Positions 45,893 to 54,784 of a DNA stretch of 64,000 nucleotides are shown here, piece after piece; the stretch's first letter is position 1; each line of letters opens with the position of its first letter. Origin of the DNA: Myxococcota bacterium (lineage in GTDB: Bacteria; Myxococcota_A; Polyangia; Polyangiales; Houyiibacteriaceae); NCBI GenBank assembly GCA_039186435.1, contig JBCDAA010000001.1, positions 2,433-66,432 of the forward strand, given 5' to 3'. The translations under genes were made by a program, and so were the position numbers. Under the pieces are notes generated by a model, which worked only from the letters and a program-made list of their open reading frames with translations, was not told where the DNA came from and made no database searches.

Positions 45893-47278
45893 CTACGGCG
45901 CGACCATGTTCTCCGCGCCCGGCGTGTTCACCGCCTCACCCGATGCCGCAGCGCTCGCCTCGCCCGGGCTGGTGAACTCGTTTCGAACCCAGTCGCCTGT
46001 TGCGTCGGTATCGGTGCCGTTCGGAATGCGCGATGCGCCGCCGACGGTGGTCTCGCCTCCATCGAAGTCGGGGGTGAGGACGACCGAGCTGTAGGTGAGG
46101 TCGCCCGCTTCGCCGTCGCTGATCGATACGCTGTCGAGAACGGCGAGCCAGGGCGGATCGTCGGGGGTTCCGTCGTCGTCGGTGTCCACGTCCACGCCAC
46201 GAACACCGGTGAACCCAAGCACCAACATCGCCGTCGAGGTTCCGTTTTCGATGAAGTTGTCGGAGGTGGTCGACCAGTAGCCGTCCGCGTCCGTCGAATC
46301 GAGAGGTGCCACGACTTCGATGCGGCCCTGGCCGAGATCGTCGCCTTCGATGACGAGAAAGGTCAGCGAGGAGAGGTCCGTGTCCGGGTTCCCCAAGACC
46401 TCGATGAACTCGCTGTCGTCGCTGCCTTCGTGGTTGAAGACGAACTCGTTGATGACAGCGACGGGGGAGCTCGCTTCCGCGTTCGGTGTGCCCGGCGTAT
46501 TCAGCGCTTCGCCGTCCTGCGGCGTTCCTGGATCGAGGGCGGCGATCCCGGCGCCGTCGAAGTCGTTGCGAAGCCAGTCCGCCGGCATGTCGGTGTCGGT
46601 ACCGTCTGGGAAACGCGAGGCTCCGCCGAAGGTGATGTCGACGCCGTCGTCGTTCGGCGAGAGCACCGAAGTGCCGGCGTAGGTGAGGTCTCCGTCGCCA
46701 CCATCGTTCACACCGAGCTCGTCGAGGATCAAGGCCCAGGGCGTTCGTTCGAGGGTTCCGTCGTCATCCTCGTCGAGGTCCATCAGCGCGGCGCCGGTAA
46801 AGCCCTGCACCAGAAGATACGTTTGGGAGCCGTTCTCCAGCGTATCCATCGGCAGGAAGCCTGTCTGCCAGAAGCCTTCGGCGTCCGTGGTCCCTACCTC
46901 GAGCACGTCCTCGATCACGCCAGGCGACGCGCTCGCGGAGTCTCCGTCGCCTTCGAGGACAAGAATTGAAAGCGATGAAAGGTCGGTGTCCGCGTCCCCG
47001 AGGAGTTCGATGTACTCGGCCGTGTCCATGCCGATGTGGTTCGCGACGATCTCGTTGAAGACCACCTCGCCGACCGGGTCCGGGGGCGCGCTGTCGCGCG
47101 GAGCGTCCATCGCGGCATCCATCGCGGCGTCTTCACCGGCGTCCGTGCCCGCGTCTTCGCCCGCATCCCCACCCGTGGAGGAATCGACGCCGCTGTCCGT
47201 GCCGCTGTCGGCCGGAGCGGAGTCATCGCCACACGCCCCGAGGGACGCCATCAAGATTAAGCTGATCCAAGTTCGCAT
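45893..47278 (-). CDS. Lipoprotein with two lamin-tail-domain (LTD)-like repeats
   Basis: Lipobox LMASLGACG and an acidic linker. Two ~190-aa repeats start VVFNEIVANHIGMDTAEYIELLGDADTDLSSLSILVLEGD and AVINEFVFNHEGSDDSEFIEVLGNPDTDLSSLTFLVIEGD. Confidence 0.55.
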   Translation of the reverse strand: MRTWISLILMASLGACGDDSAPADSGTDSGVDSSTGGDAGEDAGTDAGEDAAMDAAMDAPRDSAPPDPVGEVVFNEIVANHIGMDTAEYIELLGDADTDLSSLSILVLEGDGDSASASPGVIEDVLEVGTTDAEGFWQTGFLPMDTLENGSQTYLLVQGFTGAALMDLDEDDDGTLERTPWALILDELGVNDGGDGDLTYAGTSVLSPNDDGVDITFGGASRFPDGTDTDMPADWLRNDFDGAGIAALDPGTPQDGEALNTPGTPNAEASSPVAVINEFVFNHEGSDDSEFIEVLGNPDTDLSSLTFLVIEGDDLGQGRIEVVAPLDSTDADGYWSTTSDNFIENGTSTAMLVLGFTGVRGVDVDTDDDGTPDDPPWLAVLDSVSISDGEAGDLTYSSVVLTPDFDGGETTVGGASRIPNGTDTDATGDWVRNEFTSPGEASAAASGEAVNTPGAENMVAP

Positions 47279-47338
47279 TCAGCGACCATGACACAAAATT
47301 GGCCAGCCGCTAAATCTTGGAATCGAGCGGAGCGCAGG

Positions 47339-48199
47339 TTAGGGGAGCGATGCGACGATTCGAATGGTTTGGACAACCGCCTGGCCGCGGCGCTGGAGTT
47401 CCACGCGAAGGACCGACGCGCTGCGCGAACGCGCATACGCCTCGAGGGCGCTATCCGGGGAGGTGAGATCATGGCCGTTGAGGCGCTGGATCCCGTCGCC
47501 GTTTTGAAAGCCGAGTCGACCGAGCAGGCTGCTGCGGCGAATGCCGTAGATCTTGATGGAGACGACGCGGCCGTTTTCCTGATGCGGTATGAGGCGGGCG
47601 GCCCGCAAGAGCGTCTGCTGGTTCGCGAGTACTTCGTTCAGCGCCTGCCGGGTGATCATCACTTCGTTCGCCGAGACCTGTCGTATGCCGCTGTCGACGA
47701 GAGGCGAGAGTGTGCTCGTGTTCGCTGCCGCCTGCGACGGCGGCGTTGGTGGCGGGGTCCGCGGTTGCCTCCGGACTGCTCGGGTTGGTAGGCAGGGCGC
47801 GGGTGCGTCGTTCGCCAGAGAGAACCGAAGCTGGTCGGCGGATCGCTCCAGTACGACTCCGCGCGATGCATACGCCTCGCGCGTGATCGCGATCGCTTCG
47901 TCAACCGTGATCAGGTTGGGTTCGAAAACCGAGATCGTCAGACACTCCGCGACCGCGTCGACGCTTGCGTCCAACACGATTCGTAGCTCGCTCGCGCTCC
48001 CGAGAAGGCGGGCGACTTCCGGGAGGGACGCCCTCTCTAGGGAGAATCGGATCCGGGCTTCCTGGCGCGGAGAGAGTGCAACGGATTCCGCCTCCACCAA
48101 AGCGCCGCCCGTCTCGGAGTTCACCGTTTGGGCACGCGGTTGAGGGGACGGAGAGGCGCACCCCAGGGCGGCGAAGAAGAGAGCGAAGCGCGTCATCAA
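47339..48199 (-). CDS. Lipoprotein with a C-terminal PDZ-like domain (GspC-like)
   Basis: Lipobox FAALGCASP, a Pro-rich linker, and a C-terminal region IKIYGIRRSSLLGRLGFQNGDGIQRLNGHDL resembling the PDZ of T2SS protein C. No other T2SS genes are nearby. Confidence 0.4.
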   Translation of the reverse strand: MMTRFALFFAALGCASPSPQPRAQTVNSETGGALVEAESVALSPRQEARIRFSLERASLPEVARLLGSASELRIVLDASVDAVAECLTISVFEPNLITVDEAIAITREAYASRGVVLERSADQLRFSLANDAPAPCLPTRAVRRQPRTPPPTPPSQAAANTSTLSPLVDSGIRQVSANEVMITRQALNEVLANQQTLLRAARLIPHQENGRVVSIKIYGIRRSSLLGRLGFQNGDGIQRLNGHDLTSPDSALEAYARSRSASVLRVELQRRGQAVVQTIRIVASLP

Positions 48200-48254
48200 G
48201 ACGTGGTACGCCGTTCACGGCAGGTCGATTCCCCTGAAGTCGGTCGCACACGGC

Positions 48255-48731
48255 TCATGGGTTGGGCGGAATGACCGCTCGAGCAGCGCGAGCGATGGCG
48301 TCGTAGGCCCCTGCCTCCACGAGCGCGCTTTCCTCGACCTCAACAGACTTCGACGGAAGCAAGAACACCAGAGTGCGTTCGTCGTCCTCGGTTTTCTCCC
48401 ACAATTCGCGGACGTCTTTGAAGGCGAAGGTCAGATACTCCGCGGCGCGACCGTGAATCACCGGCAAGGAGAGCTCCTGCGGCGTCAGCACAACCCGCGT
48501 CGAGAGCTTTCGCGCAGCCGCGCGTCCGAGGAGGCTGATGACGCCCCAAACGAGAAGGAGCGCGCTGACGCCGCTCGCGAGGTAGCGGGAGAGTGGGAAG
48601 GCGACCAGTTCGAGGTTGCCCACGCCGACACTGAACTCGAACATCCACGAGGCGGCGAAGCCTCCCACGCCGAAAAGGATCAGGAAGACGAACCCAAAGG
48701 GGGAGGGGAGCCTATAGGTGAACTGCTGCAC
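48255..48731 (-). CDS. Hypothetical membrane protein
   Basis: 158 aa. Two TM helices plus a small soluble domain. Minus-strand codon bias. Confidence 0.5.
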   Translation of the reverse strand: MQQFTYRLPSPFGFVFLILFGVGGFAASWMFEFSVGVGNLELVAFPLSRYLASGVSALLLVWGVISLLGRAAARKLSTRVVLTPQELSLPVIHGRAAEYLTFAFKDVRELWEKTEDDERTLVFLLPSKSVEVEESALVEAGAYDAIARAARAVIPPNP

Positions 48732-48794
48732 AATCGGCGTACGCCGTCGCGGGTTCCGAACTCCTGCTCACGAATCGGTCAGCGTACGGTTTGC

Positions 48795-49994
48795 TCACGC
48801 ACGCGAGGTATCGATGCGGATTTCGTTCTCCAGCGTGCGGTGCACCGGGCAGCGGTCCGCGATCTCCATCATGCGAGCGCGCTGCTCCTCCGTGAGGTCA
48901 CCGACGATCTCGATCGTTCGCGTAAGAACGTCGATATGCCCGGTTTTCTTGGTGCACTCCTCGCAGTCCTTGGCGTGTTCCCGGCCATGTCGGAGGGAGA
49001 CCCGAACCGCCTCGAGGGGCCACTCCTTTCGGTCGGCGTACATTCGGAGCGTCATGGACGTGCATGTGCCGAGGGCCGCCAGCAACAATTCGTAGGGGCT
49101 CGGACCGAGGTCTGCGCCGCCCATGCGCGTGGGTTCGTCGGCGATGACCTGGTGGGTCCGCGCGCGAACCTGCTGCGTGAAGCCTTCGCGTCCCTCGACG
49201 ATCACTTCCCCCTTCTCGGTGGGGGCGCCTTCCTCGGCAACGTAGCGCCCCGCCCAGGAAGCGAGAACGTCCGCCACGTATTGCGCGTCCGAGGTGCGAC
49301 CGAGGAGGTGGTCGGCGCCGTCGAGGCTCACAAAGCTCTTCGGGTGCCGCGCGGCTTCGTAGATGCGCCGGGCGTTGTCGATGCCCACGATGTTGTCCTG
49401 CGGCGAATGAAAGACGAGCAGGGCGCGCTTGAGGGCGCCGAGCTTTGCCTCGCTAGTGTGGGTGCCGAGGTCGTCGAGAAACTCTTTGCCGATGGTGATG
49501 GTTCGTCCTGCCAGAAGGACATCGGCTTGGCCGTCCGCTTCGATGTCGGCTTCCCGATCGGCGAAGAGATGCCGGACGTGCGCGGGGTCCGCGGGCGCGC
49601 CGATCGTGGATACGGCTTTGACAGAGGCGATCTGCGGTGCGGCAGCGAGCACGGCAGCGCCACCGAGGCTGTGGCCGACCAAAATGCTGGGGCCGGTGAG
49701 GGTTTCCTCGAGAAAGGACGCCGCGCGCAGGAGGTCGCTTACATTGCTTGAAAACGTGGTCCGCGCGAACTCGCCGGACGACTCGCCGAGACCGGTGAAG
49801 TCAAAGCGGAGCGTCGCGATGCCGTAGCGTGCGAGGGCCCGTGAGATGACGCGGACCGGTCGCAGATCCTTGGAACAGGTGAAGCAGTGCGCGAAGACTG
49901 CCGTTCCTCGGAGCGTGCCAGGAGGACGGTGAAGGATTCCAGAGAGCGGTCCCTGGGACCCCTTAAACTCGACCGCGGTTTCGTTCGACGGCAT
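48795..49994 (-). CDS. Bifunctional alpha/beta hydrolase - OsmC/Ohr family protein
   Basis: N-terminus: AVFAHCFTCSKD, GHSLGGAAVL (nucleophile elbow). C-terminus: GPSPYELLLAALGTCTSMTL and ADRCPVHRTL (OsmC Cys pair). Confidence 0.85.
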   Translation of the reverse strand: MPSNETAVEFKGSQGPLSGILHRPPGTLRGTAVFAHCFTCSKDLRPVRVISRALARYGIATLRFDFTGLGESSGEFARTTFSSNVSDLLRAASFLEETLTGPSILVGHSLGGAAVLAAAPQIASVKAVSTIGAPADPAHVRHLFADREADIEADGQADVLLAGRTITIGKEFLDDLGTHTSEAKLGALKRALLVFHSPQDNIVGIDNARRIYEAARHPKSFVSLDGADHLLGRTSDAQYVADVLASWAGRYVAEEGAPTEKGEVIVEGREGFTQQVRARTHQVIADEPTRMGGADLGPSPYELLLAALGTCTSMTLRMYADRKEWPLEAVRVSLRHGREHAKDCEECTKKTGHIDVLTRTIEIVGDLTEEQRARMMEIADRCPVHRTLENEIRIDTSRA

Positions 49995-50176
49995 CGCGTC
50001 CCTCGTTTCGGGTTCGTGTGATTAGAAGCAGATGTGCTGTTGAGACCGAGAGGTTCTTTGGTGCCGGTGCTGGCGAGATCCATCGCCGACCAACCACCAA
50101 GAAACGCATTGCGTCGGGGTAGCGCAGCGATCCTCCGACGTCCATTCGGGTTGTTGCGTCCTCCGTGGAACGCGCC

Positions 50177-51334
50177 ATGCTCCGGCCGATGTACCTGAAC
50201 CGCCGAACTCTGAAGCAGGTTGCACGTTCTGCCGCGAAGCATGTGAGCCCGCGGCGGGCGCTGACCTGGGCTGGTTTTGGCTCCGCCTGGGTGAGTCTTC
50301 GCACCCTCAACCGCGTAGCGCGGCGGCTCGACGATGTGCTGTACCCGGCGTGGCAGACGCAGCCGGTGCGGCAGCCGGTTTTCATCTTCGCCAACGGGCG
50401 GAGCGGAACGACCATGCTTCATCGCCTGCTGGCCCTCGATGAGGATCATTTCGCTCGCTACAAGCTGTACCAGTCGATGTTTTCGGCGGTGAGTACGCAG
50501 CGTCTCATCCAAGCGCTCGACGGGGCGCCGGTGGTCGGAAAACTCGGCCGCCGAGGTGTGGAACTGATTAACCAAACCTTCTTCTCCGGCTGGGAAGGGA
50601 TTCACGAACTCGGGATCAACAAAGAGGAGGAGGACGAGGCGACCTTCGTGCTGGCGATGGAGTCGCCGACGATCTCACTCCTCAATCCCTTTACAGAAGA
50701 CTACGCGCGAATGGGTTGGCTCGATCATGCGTCGAGCGATCAGCAGCGCGACTTCATGGACTACTACGAAGCGGTCGTGAAGAAGCACCTCTTCGCGTAC
50801 GGGCCGGGTAAACACTTCCTGACGAAGAACGTGTTTACGACCCCGCGTCTCAAGACGATTCTCGCGCGCTTTCCCGACGCGCGCTTCGTCTACCTTGTGC
50901 GCGATCCCTGTCGCGCGCTTCCGTCGTGGCTCAACATGTTCTTCGAGAAGTGGGTGACGCACTCGCCCGAGCTCGAGCATCAATCGCCGCAGGTGCGTGA
51001 ACTCGCGGAGATGTGTTTTGCGTACTACCGCTACATGCTCGATGTCCGCGCCGAGATTCCGAAGGAAAATCTCACCTTCGTGCTCTACGACGACCTCGTT
51101 CGTGAGCCGGTGCAGGTTGTTGAGCGCCTTTACGGATGGCTCGATTTCGAGATGACGGAGGCATATCGCGCGCGCTTGGCGGAGTTCGGCGCGAAGCAGC
51201 GCCGCTACAAGAGCACCCATCGATACTCCCTCGCGCAGTTTGGTCTCAGCGAGGAGTGGGTGCGCGCGCAGATTCCGGAAGTGTTTGCGACGTTCGGGGA
51301 AGACTTTCCCGGCTTCGGCCAACCCAACACCTAA
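50177..51334 (+). CDS. Sulfotransferase family protein
   Basis: 5'-PSB loop FIFANGRSGTTMLHRLL. RDP-containing 3'-PB-like region FVYLVRDPCRALPS. About 385 aa. Confidence 0.7.
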   Translation: MLRPMYLNRRTLKQVARSAAKHVSPRRALTWAGFGSAWVSLRTLNRVARRLDDVLYPAWQTQPVRQPVFIFANGRSGTTMLHRLLALDEDHFARYKLYQSMFSAVSTQRLIQALDGAPVVGKLGRRGVELINQTFFSGWEGIHELGINKEEEDEATFVLAMESPTISLLNPFTEDYARMGWLDHASSDQQRDFMDYYEAVVKKHLFAYGPGKHFLTKNVFTTPRLKTILARFPDARFVYLVRDPCRALPSWLNMFFEKWVTHSPELEHQSPQVRELAEMCFAYYRYMLDVRAEIPKENLTFVLYDDLVREPVQVVERLYGWLDFEMTEAYRARLAEFGAKQRRYKSTHRYSLAQFGLSEEWVRAQIPEVFATFGEDFPGFGQPNT

Positions 51335-51351
51335 CGCGCGCATCACGCATC

Positions 51352-51412
51352 GAGCACCGATCTCGATTTGAGCACCGATCTCGATTCGAGCACCGATCTC
51401 GATTCGAGCGCC
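51352..51412. repeat. 18-bp tandem repeat, about 3.4 copies (GAGCACCGATCTCGATTY)
   Basis: Copies at 51352, 51370, 51388 and a partial copy at 51406, in the spacer after the sulfotransferase stop. The complement matches the 7403 array unit at 13 of 18 positions by eye in one circular phase. Confidence 0.9.
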
Positions 51413-51477
51413 ACACGATTTGAAGCCGTGGTTTGCCGGTGTCGTCTGCGGTAAGAGGGTGGCGAAAGGCCGGGGAG

Positions 51478-52752
51478 ATGCGCAGCCGTACTACGTTGGT
51501 TCTGATTCTTGTTGTCGGACTCATGGCTTGCTCGGAGGAGGATGAGCAGCCAGCGGAGCCGAGTTGTTCCAGCCAGGTCGAGGAACTCGACGCGTGGCTC
51601 ATCGCCCGATCGGATCGGGAGCGAAATGCGATCCCGCCCGGCTTCAGGCTGCCGCCCTGGTTTCGTCCGGTTGTGGGTGAGGCGACGCCGGCTGAGGGAT
51701 CCGCCACCGTCATCACGATTGCGGCCGACGAAATCTTTCAAAGCGGCATGTCGGTGGCCAACGGCGCGCCCGATGTGTTCGTGGGGACGCATTTGCACGA
51801 GAGCCTTCCGGCAGGTCCTGTTCGTCTTTTGGTGGACGCTCGCGTCGAGGCGGCGGCCCTTGCGGAGTTTGCGAAACCCCTCGCGTCGCGGTCGCCAGCG
51901 CTGGTGGTGATCCCGGCGATGCCCACGCTGCCGGCGTGGCTTCAAGAGCTGAAGACGGGGCTCGACGGAGCGGAGGAAGAGGCCGCGAGGACGCTCTTTG
52001 AGGCCGCACGGCGTCGGGTGATCGGGAGCTGTGATGCGGGGCTGCACTCGACCTCGCTCGGAAATCTGATCTCTGCGGCGCTCGGCCAGACGGTCATGTC
52101 GCCCCTAACCGTCAGCGAACCCGACCTCGCCTCTTTGGTGCGGGAGTGCGGCTGTGAAGGGTCGATCGAGACGCTTCGTGAAGTGTACGACGCGGCGCTC
52201 GCGCGTAAGTACATCGATGGGCAGACCTGGGCGCTGCGCTTTCCTCGTTCGATTCCGAACGGAATGACCGTCGCCGACCTGCTCCAGGTGCCTGAGGGGG
52301 ATCGGGTCGCCCCCGACGAGGTGACGCAGGAAGAGCCGGCCGCAGAGGCAGCGGCGGAACCAACCGACGAAACGTCACCGGCAGAGTCCGCGCTCGGCGC
52401 GCTCATGGGCGACCAGGTCGGGACCAACTTTGGCTTCGGCGGCCTTGGTCTTCGTCCCAGTGGCGACGCGCGCGCGGAGTCGCTGCGCGCGGCGGTTCGC
52501 GATCGTCGACGCACTCTTCGGCAGTGCCATCGTCAGCGTGTTGCCCTGGGGGTCGAGCCGCGCGGCGCGGTGCAGCTCACGGTTCGCATTGGCCCGACCG
52601 GTGCGGTGAGCACCGCCACGGTCGCTGAAGTTGGTGCCGTGGACGCGCTGATGGAGCGCTGCATGGTCCGGACCGCCAACGAGTGGCGTTTCGACGCTGG
52701 CGAGGGGACAAGCGTGATCACCGAATCGTTCGACTTCGGAGGTGCGCAATGA
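51478..52752 (+). CDS. Lipoprotein with an AgmX/PglI-type (TonB-C-like) C-terminal domain
   Basis: MRSRTTLVLILVVGLMACS lipobox. C-terminal LRQCHRQRVALGVEPRGAVQLTVRIGPTGAVSTATV...MERCMVRTANEWRF. Confidence 0.55.
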   Translation: MRSRTTLVLILVVGLMACSEEDEQPAEPSCSSQVEELDAWLIARSDRERNAIPPGFRLPPWFRPVVGEATPAEGSATVITIAADEIFQSGMSVANGAPDVFVGTHLHESLPAGPVRLLVDARVEAAALAEFAKPLASRSPALVVIPAMPTLPAWLQELKTGLDGAEEEAARTLFEAARRRVIGSCDAGLHSTSLGNLISAALGQTVMSPLTVSEPDLASLVRECGCEGSIETLREVYDAALARKYIDGQTWALRFPRSIPNGMTVADLLQVPEGDRVAPDEVTQEEPAAEAAAEPTDETSPAESALGALMGDQVGTNFGFGGLGLRPSGDARAESLRAAVRDRRRTLRQCHRQRVALGVEPRGAVQLTVRIGPTGAVSTATVAEVGAVDALMERCMVRTANEWRFDAGEGTSVITESFDFGGAQ

Positions 52753-53741
52753 AGCGTCTGAGCTGTGTGATCTTCGTGGCCGTTCTTGGCTGTTCCGAGA
52801 GCGCGAGCCCGCGAAGCGTTTCCGCCGCGCCATCTTCGACCGGCGAGTCTCGCGTGGAGCAACCAGCTGGTTTTGCAGCGCGTCTTCAAACGCGGATCGA
52901 AGCGAACGCCCGCGCTGGGCTCTACCCAGGAGGCGCCACGGCGCCCGTGTTTCGGTTGCCTTCGGCGTCGCCCTACGCTGCGGGATGGGGGCAGACCGTG
53001 TCGCTTCGCGCGGACGGCTGGTACGTGGACGCGGAAGGGCCGTTTGGCGACGGCGCGTGGCAGTCGCACGTTCGCGCGGAGGACGCGTGGCCCAAGGTCG
53101 TCCTCGTGGTTGACGGCGAGGCATCGGCCGCGCGAGTTCTTGCGGAGGTCTCGCCGCACCTTCGCGAGTGGAGCGTGCGGGTTCACGTGACGCAGATGAA
53201 GCCGGAGTATCACCAAAACCTTGAGCAGCGCTTCGGTGCATGTCCGGCGCTACGAACGCTGATTAACGCTCCGGCGGACGTTGGCTCGGGAACCCTCGCC
53301 GCCCTCGACGAGTGCCCCTTCGATGCGAGCGGTGACTACAGCCGAGCCGCTCTCGAAGAGGCCCTGCTTCGTCTGCACACGCCGCACTTCGTTGCGTTTC
53401 CGGCGACGGGTGCCGACGGCGAGAGCTTTCACGGCTGGCTCTTTAACTACCGCTCCGCTCAGGACCTCGATTTCGAGCGTGAGTGCAGCGCGTTCGCGAC
53501 CCATGCCCCAACGCAGTGCACGCGCATGGCGGCCTGCTTTCGGGAGGGTGAGTGCGCTGCGTTTCAGGAAGCGACTCGCGAGCTGGTCGCGACTCGCTAC
53601 GACGCCAACCTCGAACGCGCGTGCGAACCGCTTGCGGGGCCGGACGCCGGAGCATGCGAAAAACTTGAGCGCTGTTTTGAGGGATCGCTCGAGGCGTGTC
53701 CTGACCTCCAGGACGCGTTCCTCGTGCTGCTCTCGCCGTAG
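52749..53741 (+). CDS. Hypothetical lipoprotein with a Cys-rich C-terminal region
   Basis: ATG overlaps the upstream stop (ATGA). MKRLSCVIFVAVLGCS lipobox. 330 aa. Confidence 0.5.
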   Translation: MKRLSCVIFVAVLGCSESASPRSVSAAPSSTGESRVEQPAGFAARLQTRIEANARAGLYPGGATAPVFRLPSASPYAAGWGQTVSLRADGWYVDAEGPFGDGAWQSHVRAEDAWPKVVLVVDGEASAARVLAEVSPHLREWSVRVHVTQMKPEYHQNLEQRFGACPALRTLINAPADVGSGTLAALDECPFDASGDYSRAALEEALLRLHTPHFVAFPATGADGESFHGWLFNYRSAQDLDFERECSAFATHAPTQCTRMAACFREGECAAFQEATRELVATRYDANLERACEPLAGPDAGACEKLERCFEGSLEACPDLQDAFLVLLSP

Positions 53742-53798
53742 GCGTTCTTTACCGAAGGCTAACGAGCGCGATCGGCAGCGCTCGCTAGGTTGGCCTTC

Positions 53799-53969
53799 AT
53801 GAAGACGAACTGGCTAATGGTCGCGACGATCGCGGTCGCATCCTGGACAACGACGGCTGCCGCGAGCGACGAAGCGCCCAAGTCGGAGCAGGACGAGGAG
53901 CCACCGCCGGTCGGCAACTCGAAGTGGCCTTCCTATCCCGCGGGCCCGTTCGAGCCGGTCGGCGAGTGA
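53799..53969 (+). CDS. Possible small secreted peptide (56 aa; below the ORF-track cutoff)
   Basis: ATG 53799. Reads MKTNWLMVATIAVASWTTTAAASDEAPKSEQDEEPPPVGNSKWPSYPAGPFEPVGE*. Signal-peptide-like N-terminus. Stop TGA 53967-53969 overlaps GTG 53966 of the next gene (GTGA). Confidence 0.3.
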   Translation: MKTNWLMVATIAVASWTTTAAASDEAPKSEQDEEPPPVGNSKWPSYPAGPFEPVGE

Positions 53970-54757
53970 CCGGCTTTTCGCTTCAGTGGTTTGGAGGCAG
54001 CGCGGAACGACGCTTTCGCCGGGACCGAAAGCCAGTGGAGATCGACTTTGCGTTGCTGGATCCTGCGGATCACCCACCGGAGATCGTGCGGGCTGCGCGC
54101 GCCGCTTGGACCTACGGCGCCTACCAGGAGTACTGCACCGGGGCGGCGTTTGCGGCGATTCAGGGAGCGCTCCTTCAAGCGGGAGCGCCCATCGACCTCA
54201 TCGCGGTGGCAGCAGGATTTGTGGAGGACGAGATGCTTCACGCGGAGTTGAACGCGCGCGTTGCGCTGGCGCTCGGCGGTGGGATTTCGCCGCCGGTGGA
54301 TCTTGCAAAGGTGACGCCCCGCACGTCGGGGGGTCCGCTCGAGGCCGCCCTCTCGCTCGTGGTTCAAACCTGCTGCGTGGGCGAAGCCTTTAGCGTTCCA
54401 ATCCTTGCGGGGACGGCGCGAGCAGCCACGCATCCCGTGGTTCGGGCGGTGCTCAAACGGATCGCAAAGGACGAAGCCGCCCACGCCTCGTTTGGGGGGT
54501 GGGTTCTCGATTGGGCCACGCCTCTTCTGGATGACAGCCTTCGAAGGCACCTCGGAGAGGTCGCGAGTGCCGCCCTTCGTCGCTTTGAGCGTCAGCGGAG
54601 CGAGCTGCCCCTCGATCGCGACCACCCGTCGATCGCTGCGCTGGGCTGGCTGAGCGCGAGTGCTTGGGACCAGACGGCGGAGCGCGCGATTTCAGAGCTT
54701 GTCGTCGCTCCGCTGGAAGCGCGAGGAATTCCGGTCGAAACGGCGGGAATTCCGTAG
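53966..54757 (+). CDS. Ferritin-like / diiron-carboxylate four-helix-bundle protein
   Basis: Two ExxH motifs (EDEMLHAE, KDEAAHAS) plus additional Glu helices (YQEYCTGAAF, CVGEAFSV). The start is uncertain: GTG 53966 or upstream 53924. Confidence 0.6.
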   Translation: MTGFSLQWFGGSAERRFRRDRKPVEIDFALLDPADHPPEIVRAARAAWTYGAYQEYCTGAAFAAIQGALLQAGAPIDLIAVAAGFVEDEMLHAELNARVALALGGGISPPVDLAKVTPRTSGGPLEAALSLVVQTCCVGEAFSVPILAGTARAATHPVVRAVLKRIAKDEAAHASFGGWVLDWATPLLDDSLRRHLGEVASAALRRFERQRSELPLDRDHPSIAALGWLSASAWDQTAERAISELVVAPLEARGIPVETAGIP

Positions 54758-54784
54758 GGATCCCGACGGTACATTGGGACGGCC

